Shown piece by piece: positions 1 through 7,926 of a DNA stretch of 33,720 nucleotides. The translations under genes and the position numbers were made by a program. The notes under the pieces are model-generated. The model saw nothing but the letters and a program-made list of their open reading frames with translations, was not told where the DNA came from and did no database searches. Position 1 is the first letter of the stretch, and each line of letters begins with the position of its first letter. This DNA is from a bacterium. GTDB lineage: Bacteria; Ratteibacteria; UBA8468; B48-G9; JAFGKM01. Location: NCBI GenBank assembly GCA_029548585.1, contig JAKPNC010000259.1, positions 1-33,720 on the forward strand. The letters are read 5' to 3'.

Positions 1-2066
1 GCCTGCCGGGGTGCGACTGCGACAGGTTCCTTGAATTCTGGAACCTCGTATTTCCCCAGTACGACATGCAGGAAGACAAAAGCCTGCTTCCTCTCAGGAG
101 AAGAGGGGTTGACACGGGTATGGGGCTTGAACGCATCTCCCGGATAATGCAGGGAACCGATTCCAACTACGAGACGGATCTCTTTTTCCCCATCATCAGA
201 AAGGCCGAAGAGGTATCGGGACTCAGTTATTTCCGGGACACCGATTCCAGGGTTTTCTTCCGAAGGATCTCAGACCACGTGAGGGCCGCGGCTTTTCTGA
301 TAGACGACAATATACTGCCGTCAAACGAAGGAAGGGGTTACGTTCTGCGCAGGATAGTCAGGAGGGCCGCAGTGAGCGGATCACGCCTGGGGATCAGGGA
401 GCCTTTTCTTTACAGGCTTTCCGAGGTTCCTGTGGATATAATGTCCGACAACTATCCCACCCTTTCTGCCAACAGGGATCTCATATCCGGGGTGCTTCAC
501 GAGGAAGAAGAAAAATTCGGCCTCATCCTCGATTCCGCTTCGAGGAATTTCGAGGAGTTTCTTCCGGAGGTCAGGGAGAATGTCCTTCCGGGAAGCGTTG
601 CATTCAGGCTTTACGACACTTATGGAGTACCAAGGGACCTGATAGAAGAACTTGCCTTCCAGCAGGAGATAAAGGTCGACTGGGAAGGTTTCGACAAGGC
701 CCTGCAGGCACAAAAGAAGATGTCGAGGTTCTCATCTGAAGGCACCCTCCATAAAAAGGCCGTTTTTGAGAGCCTGCCGATGGTTTCTACCGAGTTCACG
801 GGTTACGGGACAATAGAAGGCGTCTCTGAAGTGAAGGCCGTTTATACCGAAGAAAAAAAGAAGGTTTTCCACGTTGTTCTCCAACAGACCCCGTTCTACC
901 CGGAAAAAGGCGGACAGGTAGGCGACCGCGGTGTGATAGAAAACGGGCCGGCGAGGTTCATTGTCACGGACGCAAGGCTTGACGAGAACGGCATCATATA
1001 CCACGCGGGCACTTTCGATAAGGGAAGGGCCGAAGATTTCATGGAAAGCGGCTCTCAGGTTACCGCCAGGGTTGACGCGGAGTTCAGGAAGAAGGTTTCT
1101 GCAAACCATACTTCTACCCACCTGCTGCACGACGCTCTCAAGAAGGTCATGGGAAAGGGAGTCCGCCAGGCAGGTTCCTATGTCTCCGACGACAGGCTCC
1201 GCTTTGATTTTGTCTCTTTTGAAAACATGAGCCTGGATCAATTGCACGAAACGGAAAGAATCGTCCAGGAAGCCATTCTTTCCAAAAGGCCTGTTACGGT
1301 CAGGGAGATGGAACTGGAGGAAGCGCTGAAAACAGATGCCGTGGCCCTTTTCACAGAGAAATACGAAGACCGTGTCAGGATCATAAGCATAGAAGGATAC
1401 AGCAGCGAGGTATGTGGAGGGACTCATGTAGCCAATACTTCTGACATATTCCTGTTCAGGATCACCGGCTTTTCAAGCATTGGGAAGAACCTGAAGAGAA
1501 TAGAAGCGGTAACCTACAGGGAAGCCATAGGCTCCTTCGATTCCTGCAGGGAGACCCTTCACGGGCTGGGGAGCATGCTGGAAACCCCCCCTGAAAAGCT
1601 TCTGCAGAGGCTTGAAAAACTTATGGGGGAAGAAAAAGAGAAGGATAGGCTAATCGTAAAATACCAGGATATGATTGCCTCGATGATAAGCGACAGGCTC
1701 ATAGCAGGGAAAGAGCTTGTATCTGTTGACAGAAGCTGTTATAATTATGTAAGCGCGAAACTGGGACCTGACGACGGCGGAATAATCAGCAAGATAGCCG
1801 ACAGGGTCAGCGATTCCCTTGAAAACGCCATATCTTTCATTGGTAACGAGCAGAACGGGAAGATCAATTTCGTTCTCAAGGTTGGACGTGAAGCAAGCAG
1901 TAAATATTCCGCTGTTGAACTTGTCAGGGAGATATCCTCCATCATAGGCGGAGGCGGCGGAGGAAACGGTACTTTTGCCCGGGGCAGCGGTAAGAACAGC
2001 AGCCGTTTCGCTGAGGCATCCGAAAAGATTAAGGCTGTCATAAAATCTAAAGGAAAAGGTGAATGA
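1..2066 (+). CDS. alaS: Alanine--tRNA ligase, C-terminal portion. The 5' end lies before the window; the frame is open from position 3.
   Basis: The frame runs from the window start (LPGCDCDRFLEFWNLVFPQYD, matching the AlaRS 'RFxEIWNLVFMQ' motif). It contains the editing-domain HTSTHLLH and CGGTHV motifs, and a C-terminal C-Ala domain with GGGGGGNGTFARGSG. Stop TGA at 2064-2066. Confidence 0.9.
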   Translation, partial: LPGCDCDRFLEFWNLVFPQYDMQEDKSLLPLRRRGVDTGMGLERISRIMQGTDSNYETDLFFPIIRKAEEVSGLSYFRDTDSRVFFRRISDHVRAAAFLIDDNILPSNEGRGYVLRRIVRRAAVSGSRLGIREPFLYRLSEVPVDIMSDNYPTLSANRDLISGVLHEEEEKFGLILDSASRNFEEFLPEVRENVLPGSVAFRLYDTYGVPRDLIEELAFQQEIKVDWEGFDKALQAQKKMSRFSSEGTLHKKAVFESLPMVSTEFTGYGTIEGVSEVKAVYTEEKKKVFHVVLQQTPFYPEKGGQVGDRGVIENGPARFIVTDARLDENGIIYHAGTFDKGRAEDFMESGSQVTARVDAEFRKKVSANHTSTHLLHDALKKVMGKGVRQAGSYVSDDRLRFDFVSFENMSLDQLHETERIVQEAILSKRPVTVREMELEEALKTDAVALFTEKYEDRVRIISIEGYSSEVCGGTHVANTSDIFLFRITGFSSIGKNLKRIEAVTYREAIGSFDSCRETLHGLGSMLETPPEKLLQRLEKLMGEEKEKDRLIVKYQDMIASMISDRLIAGKELVSVDRSCYNYVSAKLGPDDGGIISKIADRVSDSLENAISFIGNEQNGKINFVLKVGREASSKYSAVELVREISSIIGGGGGGNGTFARGSGKNSSRFAEASEKIKAVIKSKGKGE

Positions 2067-2890
2067 AGGAAACAATGAGTCAGGAAGAAGAGATAAGGCT
2101 AATAAAGGAAATCCGGAAAGGAGACAGGAAAGCCAAGGAGGATTTCATAAAGCAGAACCAGGGACTCGTGATATACCTTGCAAAGAGATATGCCTTTTCT
2201 TCCGACATACTGGCAGACCTCATCGCCGAGGGAAACATGGGCTTGCTCAAGGCCCTTGACAAGTTTGATTTCAAGAAGAATGTCAAGTTCGGAACTTATG
2301 CCTATTTTTGGATAAAGAGGTTTATCCTCAGGGCTATAATGAAGGAGTTCGAGGTTTTAAAAATCCCTGAAAGATACCAGGAGTTCAAGGAGAGGCTCGA
2401 GGATCTGAAGAAAGATTACATGTTCAACCAGGGAAGAACCCCCACCGACAAGGAGATAGCCGAAGGTCTGAGGCTTACTCCGGAAATTGTCAAGAAGCTT
2501 AAAAAATATTCCAGCCAGGTAAGGGTCATATCTTCCGGTTTTTACGACGGTGAAAAAGAAGTGGACCTCTTCGAGGTGATAGATTTTGAGAAGAGCGGGG
2601 ATCCCGGCCTCTGGGAAGTTCTTAATAACAGGGATATCCTGGAGAATATATTTTCCAGGCTCAAGGACAGGGAGAAGAGGGCAAACATAGAGGCATGGAT
2701 AAACGTGCTCGAATTATATTACGGGCTGGGGGATGGCGTTCAACACAGCTACAAGGAGATATCTGAGAAGCTCGGGGTGAGCCGCCAGAGGGTTCACCAG
2801 ATAAAGAAGATAGCCCTGCGGAAACTCAAGAAGGAATGGAAGGAGATGAAGAATGAAAAGGCTGAAAGGCTTAATAAGGACAATACCTGA
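2063..2890 (+). CDS. RNA polymerase sigma factor, sigma-70 family. It is compact (275 aa) and group-1/2-like.
   Basis: Region 2 motifs DLIAEGNMGLLKALDKFD and FGTYAYFWIKRFILRAI; region 4.2 helix-turn-helix YKEISEKLGVSRQRVHQIKKIALRKL. Its ATG overlaps the alaS stop (ATGA). Confidence 0.8.
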   Translation: MKETMSQEEEIRLIKEIRKGDRKAKEDFIKQNQGLVIYLAKRYAFSSDILADLIAEGNMGLLKALDKFDFKKNVKFGTYAYFWIKRFILRAIMKEFEVLKIPERYQEFKERLEDLKKDYMFNQGRTPTDKEIAEGLRLTPEIVKKLKKYSSQVRVISSGFYDGEKEVDLFEVIDFEKSGDPGLWEVLNNRDILENIFSRLKDREKRANIEAWINVLELYYGLGDGVQHSYKEISEKLGVSRQRVHQIKKIALRKLKKEWKEMKNEKAERLNKDNT

Positions 2891-3365
2891 TTTTCCCAGG
2901 GACGGCATCCTTTTCAGAGATATTACCACCCTTCTGCAGGACGGCGGAGCGTTGAAAGAAGTTGTGGAAGCCTTTACCCATGAAACCCCGGAGGATGTTT
3001 CCAGGGTTGTTGGAATAGAGTCGAGGGGTTTTATATTCGGCGGGGCGCTCGCCTGCCAAATAGGTGCAGGCTTTGTGCCGGTCAGGAAGATGGGCAAGCT
3101 TCCATGTGAAAAGATAAGGATCGAATATGGCCTGGAATATGGCACCGACATTCTCGAGATCCACAGGGACTCGATTATCCCCGGGGAGAAGGTGGTGATT
3201 GTGGACGACCTTCTTGCCACAGGGGGAACAGCCAGGGCTGCCTGTACGCTGGTTGAAAAAGCTGGCGGCAAGGTGGAGAAGGTCCTTTTTCTTATCGAGC
3301 TGGATGAATTGAGAGGCATTGAAAAACTGAAGGGTTACGACGTCTTTTCGCTTCTGCACTTCTAA
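2853..3365 (+). CDS. apt: Adenine phosphoribosyltransferase
   Basis: N-terminal LIRTIPDFPRDGILFRDIT; PRPP-binding motif VVIVDDLLATGGTA; 170 aa. It overlaps the sigma gene's 3' end by 38 nt. Confidence 0.85.
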   Translation: MKRLKGLIRTIPDFPRDGILFRDITTLLQDGGALKEVVEAFTHETPEDVSRVVGIESRGFIFGGALACQIGAGFVPVRKMGKLPCEKIRIEYGLEYGTDILEIHRDSIIPGEKVVIVDDLLATGGTARAACTLVEKAGGKVEKVLFLIELDELRGIEKLKGYDVFSLLHF

Positions 3366-3488
3366 ATGTCCATCCTGTCCGTTTGACGATCCTGCTTATG
3401 ATTATTCTCATTGCCCGGGCCTTTTGAATAAATGCACAACCCGGTACGGCCGGAGGACAATCCGTTTCAGCCTTATCTCATGAAACCG

Positions 3489-4493
3489 TTACCTTGCAAG
3501 AATTTCAGCTATCTGGACGGCGTTGAGAGCGGCGCCTTTCCTTATATTGTCGCTTACAACCCACATGTCAATGGCGTTTTCCAACGCGGGATTCTCTCTT
3601 ACCCTGCCTATAAAAACATCATCTTTCCCTGAAATCTCCAGGGGAGTGGGGTAGATGGAACCGGATGGTTCGTCCATGAGAGAGTTTCCCGGGAATGAGC
3701 CCAGAAGTTCTCTGACTTTTTCCAACCCGGGTTTTCTGCGGCACTGTACCGTTATGCATTCCGAGTGGGCGTTGAATACCGGTATGCGTACGCAGGTGGC
3801 GGAAACCTGCATCCCGGGGCAATCGAGGATCTTCCTTGTCTCTTTTACCATCTTGACTTCTTCGGTGTAATATCCCGGGAATTCATCGGAGAGGCCGCCT
3901 ATCTGGGGGATTGCATTGAAGGCAATCTGGTAAGGATAAACTTCTCTTCCGATTGGTTCTCCGGCAGAATAGGATTTTACCTGCCTTTCAAGTTCCTCCA
4001 CGGCGTTTCTGCCTGTGCCAGAGACTGCCTGGAATGTTGAAACGATGATCCTGTCCACTGTGTATTCCCTGTGTATGGGAAAAATGGCCATAACCATCTG
4101 TATCGTGGAACAGTTCGGGTTTGATATGAAGCCCCGGTGGTTTTTCAGGTGATGGCTGTTGACCTCGGGAACCACGAGAGGAACCCGCGGGTCCATCCGG
4201 AAATCTCCGCCGTTATCTATGACTACCGTGCCTTTTTTTACGGCGTCCCATCCAAACAACTGGCTTGCGCCCTTGCCGCCTTCAGTCCCGGCAAAGAGGG
4301 CAATATCCACGCCGTCGAAGGATTCGGCCTTTGTTTCTTCCACCCTGAAGGATTTTCCAGCAATCTCTTCATCTCTCTCCCTCGTCGCAAGTATCTTCAG
4401 ATCGCTGTAAGGGAAGTTCCTTTCGACAAGTATCTCCACCATCTTTTTTCCGACCATTCCTGCCCCGACGACGGCAATCCTGTATTTTTTCAT
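3489..4493 (-). CDS. asd: Aspartate-semialdehyde dehydrogenase
   Basis: MKKYRIAVVGAGMVGKKM Rossmann start and the active-site region NPNCSTIQMVMAI; 334 aa. Its start codon overlaps the bioY stop (ATGA on the minus strand). Confidence 0.9.
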   Translation of the reverse strand: MKKYRIAVVGAGMVGKKMVEILVERNFPYSDLKILATRERDEEIAGKSFRVEETKAESFDGVDIALFAGTEGGKGASQLFGWDAVKKGTVVIDNGGDFRMDPRVPLVVPEVNSHHLKNHRGFISNPNCSTIQMVMAIFPIHREYTVDRIIVSTFQAVSGTGRNAVEELERQVKSYSAGEPIGREVYPYQIAFNAIPQIGGLSDEFPGYYTEEVKMVKETRKILDCPGMQVSATCVRIPVFNAHSECITVQCRRKPGLEKVRELLGSFPGNSLMDEPSGSIYPTPLEISGKDDVFIGRVRENPALENAIDMWVVSDNIRKGAALNAVQIAEILAR

Positions 4494-5074
4494 CTTGTCT
4501 CCCTGCTGCTCCTTAAAATTGAGCCTGCCAATGTTCCGGCAATGAATGCTTTGATAATGTCAAAAGGCAGGAATGGAAGAAACCCTGCCAGGAAAGCCCG
4601 TGAAACGGGGATCCTGAGGTAGAAGGAAAGCCATAACGTTCCCATGAGGAGGATAGTTGTTATACCTGCGAGCATTGCCCGTATCCTGCCCGCGCAGGAT
4701 CCGTCTTTTTCGCACATCAGTCCTATAATGTAGGCGGCCGCGGCGAATCCCGTTATGTAACCCGTGGTGGTTCCGAGAAAGGCCGAACCCGAGAAGGAGA
4801 ACCATCCAATGCCGGCGGCTCCTCCAAGGATGTATGCCAGCTGGCTTATGGCCCCGAATTCCTTTCCCAGCAGGATGCCGGCAAGCAGGACCGTGAAAAC
4901 CTGTCCCGTGAAAGGAACGGGGGTAAAAGGGAGCCTGAAGCAGAACTGGGCCGAAAGCCCCGTCATGAAGGCAAATCCCATGGAGAGAAAGAATTTCTCT
5001 GCCAGTGTAAGGGCTCCGAAAAATTCGTGGTACTTCTCCCACGTACCGTTCCACCTGCCCAGTATTTTTTCCAT
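4490..5074 (-). CDS. bioY: BioY-family biotin transporter, substrate-capture (S) component
   Basis: A 194-aa polytopic membrane protein with BioY signatures (PFTPVPFTGQVFTVLLAGILLG, GYITGF). RBS AAGGAGAAA precedes the ATG at 5074. Confidence 0.8.
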   Translation of the reverse strand: MEKILGRWNGTWEKYHEFFGALTLAEKFFLSMGFAFMTGLSAQFCFRLPFTPVPFTGQVFTVLLAGILLGKEFGAISQLAYILGGAAGIGWFSFSGSAFLGTTTGYITGFAAAAYIIGLMCEKDGSCAGRIRAMLAGITTILLMGTLWLSFYLRIPVSRAFLAGFLPFLPFDIIKAFIAGTLAGSILRSSRETR

Positions 5075-5116
5075 TTATTTCTCCTTTTCCTTTCCTGATT
5101 CTGCCAAACCTGATAT

Positions 5117-5154
5117 ATTTTATAGTCTTCTTCTCTTTTTTTAAGGTTTCACAA
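5117..5154 (-). promoter_or_regulatory. Putative bioY-asd promoter. On the minus strand there is a -10-like TATAAAAT at 5124..5117, with a weak -35.
   Basis: The reverse complement of 5117-5124 is TATAAAAT, about 45 nt upstream of the bioY ATG. The -35 match is poor (TTGTGA at a 24-nt spacer). Confidence 0.3.
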
Positions 5155-5484
5155 GTATTTTTAGCTATGCCACCCGTTTTCTCTTATACCTTGCCCGAAT
5201 CTCCCTTCCCCTGTGGGGAAAGTGATGAGAAAGCGGCATATATAATCCCTGCCTTGCATCTCCCCCCCTTACGCCACTGATGTTTTAGCGACTGCCCAAG
5301 GGGGAGGAGAGGGCAGAAAATTTATGACTGCCCCGATCCTGGTCAAGGATGAGGGAACCCTTAATATGAAATTCCCCACGTAAAACTTTTTATTTCTTTT
5401 CCCCGCAACCCTTTCGGAGCGGCGGGAGACCGTTACGCCCGTTCCTATGCCCCATTTAAAGGATATGCCTTCGCCGGACAAAGA

Positions 5485-6753
5485 TTAAAGGCTTTCTGCG
5501 GTCTTCAATATTTCGGACTCGTCGGCTTTCGGGCCTATAAGCGAAACATAGAAATTGGAAGATGTGAAGAGTTCCTCCGCCATCGACAGAATTCCTTTTG
5601 AGTCCACGGAGTCTATCTTCCTGAGTATTTCGTTCCTGCCGGATATCCTGCCGCCGGAGATTTTCTGTTCACCGAGCCAGAGCATGTATTCCGTGTTGTC
5701 TTCCAGCCTCATGAGGAACTGGGACGAGAGGAACCTTTTTGCCCTTTCAAGTTCGCTGGCCCTGACCCCCTTTTCCTTAATTTTCTTCAATTCGTCAACA
5801 ACCGCGGAGATGCATTTTTCCGCATTTTCCGGAGATACCCCCGCGTATATCACGTAAACGCCCGTATCGTTGTAGAATCCGGTCATGCTTTTTATGGCAT
5901 ATGCAAGCCCCATGTCTTCCCTTATCCTGTTGAAAAGCCTGCTGCTCATGTTGCCGCCCAGTATTATATCGAGAAGATTAAGGGCGTACCTTCTTTCATC
6001 GAACCTTGAAATGCCCATGCCTCCCATGGCTATGTGTGTCTGCTCAGTTTTCTTTCGTATGTTGGTGATGCGCGGACCTTCGGGTTTCCTGTTCCACTCT
6101 TCGAAAACGCTCTCCTTCTCCTGGCGGAACCTTGAAAGGTATTTTGAGGCCGTTTCGGAAACCTGCTGTTCCGAGACGTTACCGGCTATGCTGACTACGA
6201 TGTTTTCCGAATTATAAAACTTATGGGTATAATCGAGGAGATTTTTCCTTGATATGCCCGTAACGCTTTCGGCTGTTCCGGCAACAGGCTGGCCCAGGGA
6301 ATGGTTGCTGAAGAGTTGCCTGTCGAAGATTTCAAAGACATACTTTGCGGGTATGTCCCTGTACATGTTTATCTCTTCTATGATTACCTTCCTCTCTTTC
6401 TCTATGTCCTCCTCTTTCATGAGTGGATTTTGAACCATGTCAGAGAGCACGTCCATGCCGAGATCGAAATAATTTTTCAGAATCTTTATCCAGTAGCAGG
6501 TTACTTCTTCGGACGTGAATCCGTTGAAGGTTCCCCCGACACCCTCAATTTCTTCCTTGATGCGGTTGCAGCTCCTCTTTTTCGTGCCCTTGAAGAGAAG
6601 GTGTTCCACGAAATGGGATATTCCTGAAATTTCAGGGGTTTCGAACCTGCTGCCCGCCTTTATGAGGATGCCGGTCGATACTGAGTGAAACTGGGGCGCC
6701 TTCTTAAAAATTACCTTTATCCTGCCAGATATGACAATCTCTTTCCAGTCCAT
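5485..6753 (-). CDS. M16-family (insulinase/pitrilysin-like) zinc metallopeptidase
   Basis: Inverted zincin motif HFVEHLLFKGT (HxxEH); 422 aa. A strong RBS GGAGGAG sits 8 nt upstream of the ATG at 6753. Confidence 0.85.
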   Translation of the reverse strand: MDWKEIVISGRIKVIFKKAPQFHSVSTGILIKAGSRFETPEISGISHFVEHLLFKGTKKRSCNRIKEEIEGVGGTFNGFTSEEVTCYWIKILKNYFDLGMDVLSDMVQNPLMKEEDIEKERKVIIEEINMYRDIPAKYVFEIFDRQLFSNHSLGQPVAGTAESVTGISRKNLLDYTHKFYNSENIVVSIAGNVSEQQVSETASKYLSRFRQEKESVFEEWNRKPEGPRITNIRKKTEQTHIAMGGMGISRFDERRYALNLLDIILGGNMSSRLFNRIREDMGLAYAIKSMTGFYNDTGVYVIYAGVSPENAEKCISAVVDELKKIKEKGVRASELERAKRFLSSQFLMRLEDNTEYMLWLGEQKISGGRISGRNEILRKIDSVDSKGILSMAEELFTSSNFYVSLIGPKADESEILKTAESL

Positions 6754-6959
6754 TTAACATCTCCTCCGGTATGGGTGTTTGACGGGCGGACAGGCAGCTG
6801 CTGCCCCCGGCAAGGTTTCTTTTTGGGAAACGGCCGACCGGGGTTCCCTCAAACCGCAACCCTCCCGTTTGCCTGATGTTTCATTGTTTCTGGGGTTATC
6901 CCGGTTTATCCCGGGAACGGCAGGGAACCGATTCCTTAATCTTACTGCCCGGCATTCAT

Positions 6960-6988
6960 TTGACATTTATTATAACTGTATTAATATA
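6960..6988 (+). promoter_or_regulatory. Putative sigma-70 promoter for the 7036.. operon
   Basis: TTGACA (6960-6965), a 16-nt spacer, then TAATAT (6982-6987). About 45 nt downstream are the RBS GGAGGGA and the ATG at 7036. Confidence 0.4.
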
Positions 6989-7035
6989 TTCTGACAAGAA
7001 AGAGCCAATACGGTTCCTTCCGGGAGGGATGCAAA

Positions 7036-7926
7036 ATGCGAATAGGTTTCATGATGAATTTTAACAGGGAAAGGGTGGATTTTGCAAAAAAAGCCGGCTT
7101 TAAATGCTGTGAACTTAAAGTATCCCCGGAGGACGATTTTTTTCCGGGCAAACCAGGATGGGAGTCAAGGGCTTCAGATGTTAAGGGGTATTTCGACAGC
7201 CAGGACATAAGGATCTCGTGTCTTGCCGGATTTTACGTGAACCACATGGATCCTGCCAGGGAGGAAGAGTATAAAAAGCTTGTAAGAAACTCGATATTGC
7301 TGGCAGAGAAGATGAACGTGGGTGTAGTGGCAGGCTTCTCAGGCAGGATTAAAGAGAAGTTCCTGCTCAGGGACAGCCTTCAGAAATATAAGGAGATATG
7401 GAGTGAACACGCAAGGTTTGCGGAGGACCGGAATATAAAGATAGCCTTTGAACACTGTCCGCTCGGCAGATTTTTTACTACCTGCGAAGGGAGCAATTTT
7501 TTCTGTTCCCCTGAAGCATGGGACATGGCATTCAACGAGGTGCCTTCAAAGGCAATAGGGCTGGAGTGGGATCCGAGCCACCTGGTATGCAATTTCATAG
7601 ATCCCTTGTCAAACATGAGGATTTACGGCAGCCGCATATACCACGTTCATGCAAAGGATGCCCACGTAAACAGGGATATCATGAGCAGGTACGGCAACTG
7701 TTATCCCGGGGCGATGGAGCACTGTTTTGCGGGTTTCGGAGATACGGACTGGAACCTGGTGATCAAGGAGCTCCACAGGCTGGAATACAGGAACGATCTT
7801 AACATAGAGGGATGGCACGACAGGGTTTACAGGGATGAAGGAAATAGAAAAATGGAAGACGAGGGGCTTATCCTTTCTCTTAGGTATCTCGAACAGTTTG
7901 TCATCCAGGACCGGGAGGCTGCATGA
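7036..7926 (+). CDS. Sugar phosphate isomerase/epimerase, xylose-isomerase-like TIM barrel (AP endonuclease 2 fold). It could be an IolE-like dehydratase or a keto-glycoside lyase-like enzyme.
   Basis: 296 aa. Conserved metal-ligand-like positions in IAFEHCP, LEWDPSHL and YHVHAKD. Stop overlaps the next ATG (ATGA). Confidence 0.8.
   Translation: MRIGFMMNFNRERVDFAKKAGFKCCELKVSPEDDFFPGKPGWESRASDVKGYFDSQDIRISCLAGFYVNHMDPAREEEYKKLVRNSILLAEKMNVGVVAGFSGRIKEKFLLRDSLQKYKEIWSEHARFAEDRNIKIAFEHCPLGRFFTTCEGSNFFCSPEAWDMAFNEVPSKAIGLEWDPSHLVCNFIDPLSNMRIYGSRIYHVHAKDAHVNRDIMSRYGNCYPGAMEHCFAGFGDTDWNLVIKELHRLEYRNDLNIEGWHDRVYRDEGNRKMEDEGLILSLRYLEQFVIQDREAA

Noticed and set aside
3366-3488. Convergent apt/asd junction examined for a bidirectional terminator
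   Set aside because: Only short 4-bp GC stems (CCGG-TACGG-CCGG and the palindrome GCCCGGGC) and poor U-tracts are present. That is too weak to call a terminator feature.
5269-5481. 70-aa ORF on the minus strand directly downstream of the M16 peptidase (considered as a possible peptide substrate or RiPP precursor)
   Set aside because: It starts with TTG and contains no internal Met. It has no RBS. Its composition (G, R, V, S) is what GC-rich non-coding DNA gives on translation. I kept the region as a non-coding structural observation instead.
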